Sequence record: PZ386980.1
Length of the DNA: 64,000 bases
From: a phage
Strand: one strand, 5' to 3'
Shown here: in pieces, positions 1 through 9,327 of the stretch
Position numbering within the stretch: the first letter of the stretch is position 1
How the letters are laid out: the number at the start of each line of letters is the position of its first letter
The notes under the pieces: generated by a model
Database searches by the model: none
What the model was told of the DNA's origin: nothing
Seen by the model: only the letters and a program-made list of their open reading frames with translations
Position numbers and translations under genes: made by a program

Positions 1-1
1 T

Positions 2-529
2 TCTGAACCAAAATTAATCTATGCTGCTAACATGATGACAGTTTCCACGAAATACGCTAAACGTAACAATAAAACTTTCGGTTGGATTCGTCGTAAACTC
101 TGGGAAATAGAAAAGAATAAAGAATTCTCCCAGGAGACACGAAAGAAAATGTCTGATGCAGTAGCTAATAAAGCAAGACTAACTTGTCCACATTGCGGTA
201 AGTCCGGATTAAGCGGGAATATGAATCGATGGCATTTTGATAACTGCCCGAATCACCCTAATCCTAAAGTTAGACCACCGATGTCTAAAGAACACAGAAA
301 TAATATCTCAAACGGGCTTAAAGCAATCATTCTTGAAGAAACATCCTGCGAATTCTGCGGAATGATAGGCAAGAAATGCGTTATTGCAGCGCATAGAAAT
401 TTCTGCAAGAAAAATCCAAATGGACGCAAGAAAACTGAAAAGACTGGTACTTGCGTCCATTGTGGTAAAGTTACCACTTTCGGAAATTTATCAAGGTGGC
501 ATAATGATAACTGTAAGCACAAACATTAA
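2..529 (+). CDS. Partial CDS (5' end probably outside window): zinc-knuckle repeat / NUMOD3-like DNA-binding protein, possibly the C-terminal region of a homing endonuclease
   Basis: ORF track 32..529; frame stays open upstream to nt 2; three copies of C-x2-C-G-x(8-12)-H-x(2-3)-C with SxE(T/H)RxxxS-like motifs between them; only plus-strand gene in a minus-strand early block. Confidence 0.5.
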   Translation, partial: SEPKLIYAANMMTVSTKYAKRNNKTFGWIRRKLWEIEKNKEFSQETRKKMSDAVANKARLTCPHCGKSGLSGNMNRWHFDNCPNHPNPKVRPPMSKEHRNNISNGLKAIILEETSCEFCGMIGKKCVIAAHRNFCKKNPNGRKKTEKTGTCVHCGKVTTFGNLSRWHNDNCKHKH

Positions 530-2214
530 TTAATAGTGGCAACACTAAATCTACCAACTTTTTCCATTTTAATATGCTGTCCATAATCCTGCGGATCATG
601 GTCTTTATGCGAAATTATGAAGAAGTTGGTATCCTTCAAACCATCTAAAATTTTAGCTACATTTTTAATGCCTTCAGCATCAAATGCACCGTCATACACT
701 TCATCAAGAAATAAACAACTTATTTTAACACCTGAAACTTTTTCAGCAATATCACGCCAAGTAAATAAAAGAGCAATATCAATTCGCGCTTTTTCACCTT
801 GACTGAATGAAGCATAACTAAAATCTTCACGACCACGGGATTTAATTGTCTCATTAAATTCTTCATCTAATGTAAACACATAATCCGCTTCCATTATTTT
901 AAGATAATGGTTAATCTGCTTATTAAATAATGGAATGTACTTTTTAATAATAGCACCTTTAATACCAGAATCTTTGAGCATATCAGTCAAAATTCCTCGG
1001 TGGTATTTTTCCATTACTAAATTAGTTTTTGTCTTAACAATTTTATCAAGTTCTTCTTGAAGCAGTGCTATTTCATCAGCATGGTCAATAAACTCAGAAG
1101 ATGCTTTTTCTATAGCTGCTTTAACTTTTTTAGCTTTATCTACCGTCGTGATTAGAGATTGCTTTTTATTGCGAATATCATTTGCCAACGACTGCTGAGT
1201 TTTAATATTATCTCGGTATTCATCAACAAGAACTTTTAAATTATCACGGTGTGTTGAAAGCTGTTCAAACGAATGCGTACATTCAGAAACTTTATCTTTA
1301 ATTTTAGAAACAACTTTATCACCGGAACTTAATTGTGACAAACAGGTTGGACATAATCCACCTTCGTGATACATATTAATGACTTTATTATACGAGTCAA
1401 TTTTTGATTTAATTAAAACTGCTTCTTGACCGATTTTATTAAACGCATCAGTCGGATCTTCATCCAAAACAATATTAACTAATCTTTCATTAGCTTCTTC
1501 TATTTCCGATTTTAGCGTTCTAGCTTCTTTTGCCAAATCATCATACATATTTTGCAGACGAGTAAGATTGTCACCCGTTAATTTTTTCTGGCGTTCAACG
1601 TTATCATTATATATTTTAATTTGTTGGATAATACTATCTTTTTTAACATCAAGCACTTGGTTCTGCGAATTTAATTCACGTATTAGTGCTTTATTAAGCT
1701 TATCCATTTCAGCTAATGTTCCTACCTCAAGCAGGTCTTCCACAAGCTTTCTTCGTGCAGGGGTCGACAAACCCATGAAAGGGGTATACCCTGCTGTACC
1801 AAGGACAACAATCTGCTTGAAACTGGCATATGACATTCCGATAAGCTGTTCAAATTCTGCTTGGAAATCTTTACTGCTGGCAGATTCATTAAGACGTGTA
1901 CCGTTAACGGTGATTTCGAAAACGTTTGGTTTTTGTCCTCTTTTGATATAGTACTTTTTCTCATCATATTCCATCCACAGTTCAACTAAAAGTTCTTTCT
2001 TATTTGTGCTGTTTATTAATTGACCTTTCTTTACATCACGAAATGGCTTACCAAAAAGCCCAAATGTGATGGCTTCTAACATAGTAGACTTACCACCGCC
2101 ATTTCGTCCAGTAATAAGAGTTTTTTGAACCTTATCTAATTGAATGTCAACTCCATTTTGACCAACTGACATTATATTTTTATATTTTACTCTATTAAGT
2201 TTAAATGATTTCAT
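526..2214 (-). CDS. 46: Recombination endonuclease subunit gp46 (Rad50/SbcC-like ATPase)
   Basis: 562 aa; N-terminal Walker A GRNGGGKST, long central coiled coil; matches recalled T4 gp46; directly downstream of gene 47. Confidence 0.92.
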   Translation of the reverse strand: MKSFKLNRVKYKNIMSVGQNGVDIQLDKVQKTLITGRNGGGKSTMLEAITFGLFGKPFRDVKKGQLINSTNKKELLVELWMEYDEKKYYIKRGQKPNVFEITVNGTRLNESASSKDFQAEFEQLIGMSYASFKQIVVLGTAGYTPFMGLSTPARRKLVEDLLEVGTLAEMDKLNKALIRELNSQNQVLDVKKDSIIQQIKIYNDNVERQKKLTGDNLTRLQNMYDDLAKEARTLKSEIEEANERLVNIVLDEDPTDAFNKIGQEAVLIKSKIDSYNKVINMYHEGGLCPTCLSQLSSGDKVVSKIKDKVSECTHSFEQLSTHRDNLKVLVDEYRDNIKTQQSLANDIRNKKQSLITTVDKAKKVKAAIEKASSEFIDHADEIALLQEELDKIVKTKTNLVMEKYHRGILTDMLKDSGIKGAIIKKYIPLFNKQINHYLKIMEADYVFTLDEEFNETIKSRGREDFSYASFSQGEKARIDIALLFTWRDIAEKVSGVKISCLFLDEVYDGAFDAEGIKNVAKILDGLKDTNFFIISHKDHDPQDYGQHIKMEKVGRFSVATIN

Positions 2215-2229
2215 TTTGTATCCAATTGT

Positions 2230-2550
2230 TCACAATGAAGAAAATTCTTTAACTAAAGCCTGTAATGAAGCCTCTATTGGATATCCATTCTTAACTAACA
2301 TTTTCCTAAACATTACATGTTTAGGACGATTATATGATATCCACAATTCATACAATTTATCTTTATTATCCCAATGATAGCCTTTTCGTCGAGATGCTAT
2401 ATGAGCTTTTCTAATCTCCGGATTTTTCCAACTAGCAGCTACTGAATTTGATATAGCTATTTTATATTCAGGTTTTGATAAAGCAGCACGAACAGCCTTT
2501 TGGTGTTTAATTTTATTTTCTTCGTTATTAAACCATTCCCTTGAAGCCAT
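2230..2550 (-). CDS. HNH homing endonuclease, C-terminal DNA-binding portion (second ORF overlapping the catalytic ORF; possible frameshift or decayed gene)
   Basis: 106-aa ORF overlapping 2457..2550 of the upstream HNH ORF in another frame; basic, NUMOD-like repeats (KIKHQKAVRAALSKPEYKIAISNSVAASWKNPEIRKAH). Confidence 0.45.
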   Translation of the reverse strand: MASREWFNNEENKIKHQKAVRAALSKPEYKIAISNSVAASWKNPEIRKAHIASRRKGYHWDNKDKLYELWISYNRPKHVMFRKMLVKNGYPIEASLQALVKEFSSL

Positions 2551-3083
2551 TGAAATTTTTGTTTTGTTTTAAAATTATTTAATCTTTCTTTATTATCTTT
2601 CCTATTTTTTGCTACTGAAAAATATTTTAATGCCCTTTCTCTAGCAGCATTTCTATTTTGCGGATTTGAATAATACTGTTGAAGCCTTTTTGATATTGTG
2701 TCACTTACATCTTGTTTTATAAAACTATATTCAGCAGCTATTAAATCAACTTCGGCTAAAGATAAATTTTTATATGTTTTTCCTGACATCATTCTATTTA
2801 AAGCATTTAGCATTTTTCCATTTTTACCTTTTGCTAATAAGAAGTGTGCTTTAAAATGATTAAAATGACTTAAATTAACTAAATTCCATGTAGATTTTAA
2901 ATATTCAGGAAATATTGATTTAGGAAGCACGTGGTGTGCTTCCGTTTTACCTGGAGTTTTAACAGTTGAATTCACAGAAATAAAATTAATGTAAGACTTG
3001 GCGTCTTCTTCACTCAACGCTAATTTTTCAACTAATTCCTTTATTAAAAATTCATCATTAATGTCAAGTTTAAAATTCTTCAC
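2457..3083 (-). CDS. Freestanding HNH homing endonuclease (mob-like), N-terminal catalytic portion
   Basis: 208 aa; motif EAHHVLPKS...NLVNLSHFNHFKAH fits HNH (HH...N...N...H); GTG start overlapping TGA stop of the upstream ORF; basic C-terminal half. Confidence 0.6.
   Translation of the reverse strand: MKNFKLDINDEFLIKELVEKLALSEEDAKSYINFISVNSTVKTPGKTEAHHVLPKSIFPEYLKSTWNLVNLSHFNHFKAHFLLAKGKNGKMLNALNRMMSGKTYKNLSLAEVDLIAAEYSFIKQDVSDTISKRLQQYYSNPQNRNAARERALKYFSVAKNRKDNKERLNNFKTKQKFQWLQGNGLITKKIKLNTKRLFVLLYQNLNIK
3048..3067. repeat. Direct repeat copy A (aaattcatcattaatgtcaa) at the 5' end of the HNH ORF
   Basis: 20-nt perfect match to 3251..3270, similarity extends about 16 nt further; gives both ORFs a shared DINDEF N-terminal peptide. 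Confidence 0.8.
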
Positions 3084-3343
3084 AAAAGATTCCTTTTAAT
3101 GTATCTTTTAGACCATTCTATCATATCATCATAATCTAAAAAGTATTCATCAAATTCAGCCATGCAAACAACGCCTTGTGCTGTTTTTGATGTAATATAA
3201 ATTATTCCAACATATCTAGAATCTTCTTCGGTATAATCAATATTTGCTATAAATTCATCATTAATGTCAAATGTCGAAAACTTCACAGTATGCATCCTTA
3301 ATACAAGATACAGCCATATCTCGTAATGATTTAGGTGTGTCAT
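3080..3343 (-). CDS. Hypothetical protein (start uncertain; internal ATG at 3295)
   Basis: ORF track; contains FSTFDINDEF peptide duplicated at the start of the HNH ORF; overlaps neighbours. Confidence 0.4.
   Translation of the reverse strand: MTHLNHYEIWLYLVLRMHTVKFSTFDINDEFIANIDYTEEDSRYVGIIYITSKTAQGVVCMAEFDEYFLDYDDMIEWSKRYIKRNLL
3251..3270. repeat. Direct repeat copy B (aaattcatcattaatgtcaa)
   Basis: Perfect 20-nt match to 3048..3067 on the same strand. Confidence 0.8.
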
Positions 3344-3530
3344 TATCTAAAATGTTGAAGTTAAAAGATACAGCCCAGTCAGTGCAGACCGTAACCTTTT
3401 TAATACAATTATCTTCAACCTCTAACGGTTCAAACCAATATTCAATAATTTCTTTATGCCCAATATCATCTTTTACTTCGCATTCAAAATGCTGACTCAT
3501 CATAACATTTTTAAATTCATCAAAAGTCAT
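3267..3530 (-). CDS. Hypothetical small acidic protein
   Basis: ORF track; ATGA-type overlap with gene 47 stop. Confidence 0.45.
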   Translation of the reverse strand: MTFDEFKNVMMSQHFECEVKDDIGHKEIIEYWFEPLEVEDNCIKKVTVCTDWAVSFNFNILDNDTPKSLRDMAVSCIKDAYCEVFDI

Positions 3531-4546
3531 TGTGTTGCCTCTACATATAACTGATTTGCATATTGAATAAGTGCTTCGCGGTCAGAATCAGTGATGTCTG
3601 GAATTGCATTAATGTATTCTTCCATCAACGTCTGAAGAGATTGAACTTCAACTTCTTCGCTTTCATCTGACTCGACAGAGTTATCAATTTTTGACACAAC
3701 TCGTAATGAATGCACAACTTTTTCTAGTTCAGATTCGAACTTCGTCAGATTTTTGTCTACCTCAGTTACTATAACACGTACTGATAGATTTGTAAAATCT
3801 TTATAGTCAATTTTTCCTTTAAATGGATAATGAATTCTACGATGCCAGGTAGTATTGTTTGGAATAAATTCCATTCGTTCTGTTTCTGTATCAAACATCC
3901 AGAACCCGCGAGGGTCATTCTCGTCACCTGCAGTTAGTGTCCATGGTGTCCCAATATATCTGACGTTTGCAGCCTCAGAAATAGTATGGAAGTGACCAGA
4001 CCACACTTCTTTATAAGTCTTAAGGAAATCAGGTTCAAGACCGTGAGATTTCATTCCTTTATAAAAATAAAATCCATTCAGTTCCCAGTGACCAACACAA
4101 AAAGAAGCAGATGAAGTTTTTATGTGCTCGAGAATTTCACCAGTATTTTCTTCACACATCCAAGGAATTAAATCAATTAAACATCCGTCAAAATCTACTG
4201 TAGTAGGCTTATCATATACTTTAACATTAGGATATTTAGCCAAAAGCTCAGTAGAGGCATTTGGAGTTAAAGTATTTTTAAAGTGCATATCATGGTTTCC
4301 TACAACAGTATGTAGGGTAATACCAGCATCATCAAGCATTTGAACTATTTCACGAGCGAACTCCATAGTTTTATGCGTGATTGCTTTTCGCACATCAAAA
4401 ATATCGCCATATTGAATCCAGGTAGTAATTCCATTTTTCTTAGAATATTCTATTGCTTGTTTAATTCCATCCAACTGAATGGATTGAACCCACTCGTCAT
4501 CGGCTTTAACGCCTAAATGCCAATCACCTAAATTTAAAATTTTCAT
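3527..4546 (-). CDS. 47: Recombination endonuclease subunit gp47 (Mre11-like metallophosphatase)
   Basis: 339 aa; phosphoesterase motifs GDWHLG, YGDIFD, GNHDMH; matches recalled T4 gp47 length and N-terminus. Confidence 0.92.
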   Translation of the reverse strand: MKILNLGDWHLGVKADDEWVQSIQLDGIKQAIEYSKKNGITTWIQYGDIFDVRKAITHKTMEFAREIVQMLDDAGITLHTVVGNHDMHFKNTLTPNASTELLAKYPNVKVYDKPTTVDFDGCLIDLIPWMCEENTGEILEHIKTSSASFCVGHWELNGFYFYKGMKSHGLEPDFLKTYKEVWSGHFHTISEAANVRYIGTPWTLTAGDENDPRGFWMFDTETERMEFIPNNTTWHRRIHYPFKGKIDYKDFTNLSVRVIVTEVDKNLTKFESELEKVVHSLRVVSKIDNSVESDESEEVEVQSLQTLMEEYINAIPDITDSDREALIQYANQLYVEATQ

Positions 4547-4706
4547 ATATCAAGAACCGTCATTGAAATGCAAAATAAAATTATTGAAATAAACCCATCT
4601 GGTGTGCTAAAGAACCCAATCCAACATGCTCTAGTGAATAGATAAAATGCAAGAAAAAGTATCACATATCCAAGAAATATCATTATATCAAACTCCGTAT
4701 AAAGCT

Positions 4707-4725
4707 AAAGGGCCGAAGCCCTTTA
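4707..4725 (-). terminator. GC stem-loop (GGGC-UUCG-GCCC) at the a-gt stop codon
   Basis: aaagggccgaagcccttta; UUCG tetraloop on the transcribed strand; U-run weak. Confidence 0.4.
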
Positions 4726-5925
4726 TTTTGTAATAATGTCAAACTGTTCTTTAAAGCAGAAGCTTGAATCTTGATGCTGATACAAAAATTCATAAGCTTT
4801 TTCGCGTTCGCGGTCATAAAGAGTTCGGTCAGATGACAGTTCTTTAATACGTTCAAATGTTGATTCCATGTCATTTTCATCAAACCAAATGATACCGCTA
4901 TCATGCGAGGTCAAAGGAGTATTATCAACACGGAATTTTAAATTTTCGCCAGTAGATTTCCAAAATACCGGAATTGTTCCACATGCACCAAGCTCGAGAT
5001 GAGTATATTCTAAAGAACGTTGTAGATATTTTTTATCCAACTTACTCAACTGATAACCAAAACCGGATTTACTCATACGTTCAAGCATTTCGCTATTTAC
5101 ATAACGGTCAAGAATTTGCGTTGGCAAATTAGGAGCAATTTTAATTTGGTCTACTTGATGAAGACGATAATACTCGTATGGAATTCCTTTTTCTTTAATA
5201 GGAATGAACGCTGGAGAACGTTCCAGACCTTCCATAATAGTACTTAGTCCTGCAGGTTTAAGATGTTTTTCGTGAAAATCAAACATCTGATAAAAACCTT
5301 TCCATGTAGTCGTACGACCAATCCAACGGTTGATATTCATGTTAATTTCAGAAACATCTTTCCAGTAAGTTGACCGAACCTTCGCAATATCCATAGGAGG
5401 CTGAAAGTTATATACGGTCGGTGCTTCTTCAATATCATCAAACAGAGAAACAGTTTCTGGATACCACTCTTTCATCAGAACTTTATTAAAATCACCATTA
5501 TCAGAATGGCTAAAAATAACATCAGCTCGACGAACAGTTTCTTCTAATCCCAAATTTCGACGCAAAGAAAGAGAAGAATGGTCATGCTGATAAACTACAA
5601 CACGAACAGAAGGTTTAATATTATCAATAATTTTTTTATAGTTATTAATAGTGTCTTCTTCAACCGAAGTAGCAGGAACTGAATTGATAATTAGAATATC
5701 ACAATCATTTACCAGCTTAAGTGTTTTATCGTATTCTTTTGCCAATAAAACCGGAATTGAAAATGATTTATAATCATGCGCGCAATTACGAGTAAATGAT
5801 TTATCTTTAGCATAAACCAAAGTCACTTCATGACCATTTTTAATAAACCAATCACGTTGCTCGAGTGAGAATTTTGTTACACCACAACCTTCAAGACCTC
5901 GAGCCATAAAAATACATACTTTCAT
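4723..5925 (-). CDS. a-gt: DNA alpha-glucosyltransferase
   Basis: 400 aa; matches recalled T4 AGT (MxxCIFMARGLEGCGVTKF...); located between 47 and 55 as in T4. Confidence 0.9.
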   Translation of the reverse strand: MKVCIFMARGLEGCGVTKFSLEQRDWFIKNGHEVTLVYAKDKSFTRNCAHDYKSFSIPVLLAKEYDKTLKLVNDCDILIINSVPATSVEEDTINNYKKIIDNIKPSVRVVVYQHDHSSLSLRRNLGLEETVRRADVIFSHSDNGDFNKVLMKEWYPETVSLFDDIEEAPTVYNFQPPMDIAKVRSTYWKDVSEINMNINRWIGRTTTWKGFYQMFDFHEKHLKPAGLSTIMEGLERSPAFIPIKEKGIPYEYYRLHQVDQIKIAPNLPTQILDRYVNSEMLERMSKSGFGYQLSKLDKKYLQRSLEYTHLELGACGTIPVFWKSTGENLKFRVDNTPLTSHDSGIIWFDENDMESTFERIKELSSDRTLYDREREKAYEFLYQHQDSSFCFKEQFDIITK

Positions 5926-5974
5926 TTAATATCCTCTTTGTTTTGGTTTATTTTACCAAAAATTTATAAAGCAA

Positions 5975-5994
5975 TATAGGAGCCGAAGCTCCTA
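5975..5994 (-). other. Intergenic stem-loop with UUCG tetraloop upstream of a-gt
   Basis: ataggagccgaagctcctat; followed on minus strand by TATAAATT-like sequence. Confidence 0.4.
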
Positions 5995-6168
5995 TCCACA
6001 TAATACGCCATACAGAGGCTCATTAGAACTTTTAAATTTTATACGCTTATATGTTATAGTTCCTTCTGCTTTAGCTTTATCATGAGACTCTTTAAAGCGT
6101 CTCATCATTTCCTCTTTAGAGGAACGAATTTTATTATAATCTATTTCAGAAGTCTGGATGTTCATCTT

Positions 6169-6375
6169 TCATAACTGCCACCATTTTTTGACTTGATAAG
6201 AATCAACCCACACTTTCATATTAGGGTCTGCTCTTACAATAGGAGGATTAACTTCTTTAATTGAACTATCATGGTATTCTTTTTCAGAAATTTTCACACA
6301 AAGATGACCATTCAAAGATTCAGTAAATCCTGCATTAATTTTAAGACGCTTGAATTTTACGTGTGTAAGCATCAA
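6169..6375 (-). CDS. Hypothetical protein
   Basis: ORF track; start overlaps upstream ORF, so boundaries uncertain. Confidence 0.3.
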   Translation of the reverse strand: MMLTHVKFKRLKINAGFTESLNGHLCVKISEKEYHDSSIKEVNPPIVRADPNMKVWVDSYQVKKWWQL

Positions 6376-6658
6376 TCATATCCTCAATCTGCGATCTAGT
6401 AGTCTTCCAAAGAATACTGATAAGTTCATCGTTATATGGCTGTTTTAGAATATCCCGACTTTTCTTGATAGCATATTCGTATTGAGCAAAATTATTATTT
6501 TCAGCCGCAATCTGAGCATGCTTATAAAGACGATTCAGTTCGCGTTTGTTTTTAGACAATAACTTATTTGCTTTTCTTTCTGCTTCAAGACGGTTCTTTT
6601 CTTCAATAGAAGAAATAAGCTTTTCCACTTCATCATTAATTTCGGGTTTATCAGTCAT
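6341..6658 (-). CDS. Hypothetical charged/coiled protein
   Basis: ORF track; tiles with neighbours. Confidence 0.5.
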   Translation of the reverse strand: MTDKPEINDEVEKLISSIEEKNRLEAERKANKLLSKNKRELNRLYKHAQIAAENNNFAQYEYAIKKSRDILKQPYNDELISILWKTTRSQIEDMIDAYTRKIQAS

Positions 6659-6659
6659 A

Positions 6660-6878
6660 TTATTTCTCTAATATAAAATAAAAATCATCATCTGTTAAAT
6701 GATACCGATAGTTTAATTCTACACCATTAGATTTAAAAGCGGTATCATACGGATTTTCTGGATCAATATCAATGTCAAGAGCTAAAACTTCCCTGAGATA
6801 CATTTTAAGTAAATAGGGAATAGCTTCAACTTCAGGTATTTCTTCCAAGAATCCGGAGAGGTTAATCGTTAGCCTCAT
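6660..6878 (-). CDS. Hypothetical acidic protein
   Basis: ORF track; overlaps gene 55 stop. Confidence 0.5.
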
Positions 6879-7419
6879 ATAAAAAATCCAAACTAGGAGA
6901 ATCGTCTACAACACTTTTCTTTTCAGCCCCCGGTGTTCTATAGGTTGATTCTTCGTAATGCGTCATTTTATCATAGATGTCTTGAATAAAAGTTTCATCT
7001 ACTAACGCAACCATATCGTCGTCACGACTGTCATAGACATTGTGAACGAAGTAACTATATTTCTTTGCAACTTCCTTACGTTCTTTTTTAATACGTTGGA
7101 CGAATGCATTAAAACAAGCTTGAGTTATATACGCATGTGGGTTTTTATATTTCGTTTCATCAAAATTGTGAAGCCCCTTAATAGAAGCTTCTATACCATC
7201 TGCAATCATTTCTTGTTTCCAAGACTGGGTGTATCCTGAAAAGTTGAAACGTTTAGATAAGCCTTCTGCAATAAGCATAATGGCTAATCCGATAGTATCA
7301 TTCTGACGAACTACTTTATTTGGGTCTTTATTATTTGCTAATTCTGTTTTCCAATCAATAATAGCTTGTAAAAGCTCTTTATTGTTTACGTAATTATATT
7401 TAGGCTTAGTTTCTGACAT
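6862..7419 (-). CDS. 55: Late-transcription sigma factor gp55
   Basis: 185 aa from ATG at 7419 (track start is GTG two codons upstream); [17 protein letters not shown] matches recalled T4 gp55; GAGGTG Shine-Dalgarno. Confidence 0.9.
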
Positions 7420-7497
7420 TTTCACCTCTTAGCTCAATTCATAGATCTATTATATCATAATATTTGAAGATCTATCTTAAAGCATAGAGGATATCAG

Positions 7498-7767
7498 TTA
7501 TCTAAGTAAACAGTATGCTTGGAACACTTTCTCCATCATCTTTTTAAATTCATGAATATCTATGTAATGACTAGTTAGTTCAGCATGATATAAAAAGTCT
7601 AAAAACTTTTCATGTGTACTAACATATTCACTTTCATTTAATTCAGAAACATGGCTTTCCCAGTATCCAACACCAGTCTTATTTGGGAAAAATGAAATTT
7701 TCATGTATTGGTCAACATAGAAAATGCCATAATTTTCAATAGTAATAGAAATATTAATAAATTTCAT
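7498..7767 (-). CDS. Hypothetical protein
   Basis: ORF track; stop/start overlap with neighbour. Confidence 0.45.
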   Translation of the reverse strand: MKFINISITIENYGIFYVDQYMKISFFPNKTGVGYWESHVSELNESEYVSTHEKFLDFLYHAELTSHYIDIHEFKKMMEKVFQAYCLLR

Positions 7768-7979
7768 ACATTCATCAACTTAGCCGCTTCAAGAGCTGCA
7801 TCTAGTGAATCAAATTGGTCAACGTATTCAATCAATTCGCCGTAATTGGCATATAACCACCATTGGCTAAATTCATACTCAAGGATGAATCCATTTCCTT
7901 CAATTTGAGTTAAACCATTGCCGTTTGTATTTACTTCATATCCGGCAAGACGCAAATCGTTAATAAGAGCTTCGTTCAT
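7764..7979 (-). CDS. Hypothetical acidic protein
   Basis: ORF track. Confidence 0.45.
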   Translation of the reverse strand: MNEALINDLRLAGYEVNTNGNGLTQIEGNGFILEYEFSQWWLYANYGELIEYVDQFDSLDAALEAAKLMNV

Positions 7980-7981
7980 AA

Positions 7982-8308
7982 TTATACCTTAGTAATTTTC
8001 AGGTCTGCAAATTTTTTCTTGCGTTGATTTTTCATGCGACGAATAGTTTTATCGGAAATTTCATGCTTTTGATAAGCTTTAGATTCTACACCAAAAGCTT
8101 TAACATCAAATTCTGACAAGATATATTGAACCAACAATTCACGGACAGTATTGCGTCCAATTTTCTGATCATTCTGTTTCATCGTCTGATGAAGTTCTTT
8201 TTCCCATTTATCCAAAATTTGAGGAGTTACAATATCGCCTTTTTCTAGCAAAGAAACTACTTTATCATATGCATAAGAATTAATGACGTTTTTAATCTGA
8301 ATAGTCAT
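7982..8308 (-). CDS. Hypothetical protein with basic C-terminus
   Basis: ORF track. Confidence 0.5.
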   Translation of the reverse strand: MTIQIKNVINSYAYDKVVSLLEKGDIVTPQILDKWEKELHQTMKQNDQKIGRNTVRELLVQYILSEFDVKAFGVESKAYQKHEISDKTIRRMKNQRKKKFADLKITKV

Positions 8309-8348
8309 ACATTATCCTCAATTACGTTAAAATTTTATTATCCAAAAA

Positions 8349-8360
8349 GGGCCGAAGCCC
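8349..8360 (-). terminator. Stem-loop GGGC-UUCG-GCCC followed by U-run
   Basis: gggccgaagccc directly after the stop of ORF 8361..8561, then UUUUUGG on the transcript. Confidence 0.5.
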
Positions 8361-8561
8361 TTAGCTAAACTTTTTGGCACCCTTCCAGCCTTCATACATC
8401 ATTGCGGCTGATATTAATATTGCTCCTGAGCAACTTGAATATTTGTGATTCCAAAACCAGTTTAGAAAAACTTCGTCATCAATACCTTGGGCTATCATAT
8501 TTTCAAAGAACTGACGACGAGCTTCGGCAATTCGCTGCGATAATTTAGATTCAGGATTCAT
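8361..8561 (-). CDS. Hypothetical protein
   Basis: ORF track. Confidence 0.45.
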   Translation of the reverse strand: MNPESKLSQRIAEARRQFFENMIAQGIDDEVFLNWFWNHKYSSCSGAILISAAMMYEGWKGAKKFS

Positions 8562-8777
8562 TTAAATTTCCCAATTGCCATTTTCATCAATAAATTTAAT
8601 CCAGTCATTTACTGACCACTTAGTTGTATCGCCTTTTGGAGTAACATTTAAAGTGTATAACCCCTGCTTAAAAAGCATTCGTTTAATATTCATATTTTCC
8701 TCAGCTGTAACGATAACATTCGTTTGATTTGCGCTTAGCAACTCGTTGAGATGTATTATAATCAAAATCATCGTCAA
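8562..8777 (-). CDS. Hypothetical protein (start uncertain)
   Basis: ORF track; N-terminal part overlaps upstream ORF. Confidence 0.3.
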   Translation of the reverse strand: MTMILIIIHLNELLSANQTNVIVTAEENMNIKRMLFKQGLYTLNVTPKGDTTKWSVNDWIKFIDENGNWEI

Positions 8778-8994
8778 TGTAAACTGATTTTTTCAACTTT
8801 CTTACTTCACCACGCAGTTGACGATTCAATTCATTCTTAACCTCTGAATCAACACCTCGCATACGTCGCCATTTATCTGAACGAAAAATGTTTTCAACCA
8901 TATCTTTATGACTTACCCCATCAGGAGCTTTACGCTTTCCGAAATAGTCATAATCACGAACTTTCAAGTCTTTACGACGATACGTTTTACCCAT
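8701..8994 (-). CDS. Hypothetical basic protein
   Basis: Track ORF 8701..9039 trimmed to internal Met (MGKTYRRKDL...); Lys/Arg-rich. Confidence 0.4.
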   Translation of the reverse strand: MGKTYRRKDLKVRDYDYFGKRKAPDGVSHKDMVENIFRSDKWRRMRGVDSEVKNELNRQLRGEVRKLKKSVYIDDDFDYNTSQRVAKRKSNECYRYS

Positions 8995-9169
8995 GGAGTT
9001 TAATTTCCTTAGCAACTGAACTAAATACAGCACGATCACAAATCATGTGTTTATGTAACTTAAGTATAAGATAATAAACATCATAACCATTTACGTAAGT
9101 AACACGAACAACATTACCATTAATAAAATAATATTGTCCCTTTTTAATTTCTTTATCAATCATAACCAT
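8987..9169 (-). CDS. Hypothetical protein
   Basis: ORF track; GAGGA Shine-Dalgarno; early promoter about 30 nt upstream. Confidence 0.45.
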   Translation of the reverse strand: MVMIDKEIKKGQYYFINGNVVRVTYVNGYDVYYLILKLHKHMICDRAVFSSVAKEIKLHG

Positions 9170-9196
9170 ATCAATTCCTCAAAGGCAATTCATGTG

Positions 9197-9250
9197 TTAA
9201 TAATACCACAGTTTGAGCTTGTTGTAAACAACTTTGTGAAAATTATTTTA
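9197..9250 (-). promoter_or_regulatory. T4-type early promoter
   Basis: Minus strand: A/T-rich UP region, -35 GTTTAC, ~18 nt spacer, -10 TATTAT. Confidence 0.5.
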
Positions 9251-9310
9251 GGGAATGATAAGAAGGGAACGATAGCTTAGAATGGTAATATACAGAATGT
9301 GAGAAAGAAA

Positions 9311-9324
9311 GGCCCAGAGGGCCC
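9311..9324 (-). terminator. GC stem-loop + U-rich tract after nrdH
   Basis: ggcccagagggccc directly after nrdH stop, followed by UUUCUUUCUC on the transcript. Confidence 0.5.
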
Positions 9325-9327
9325 GTC

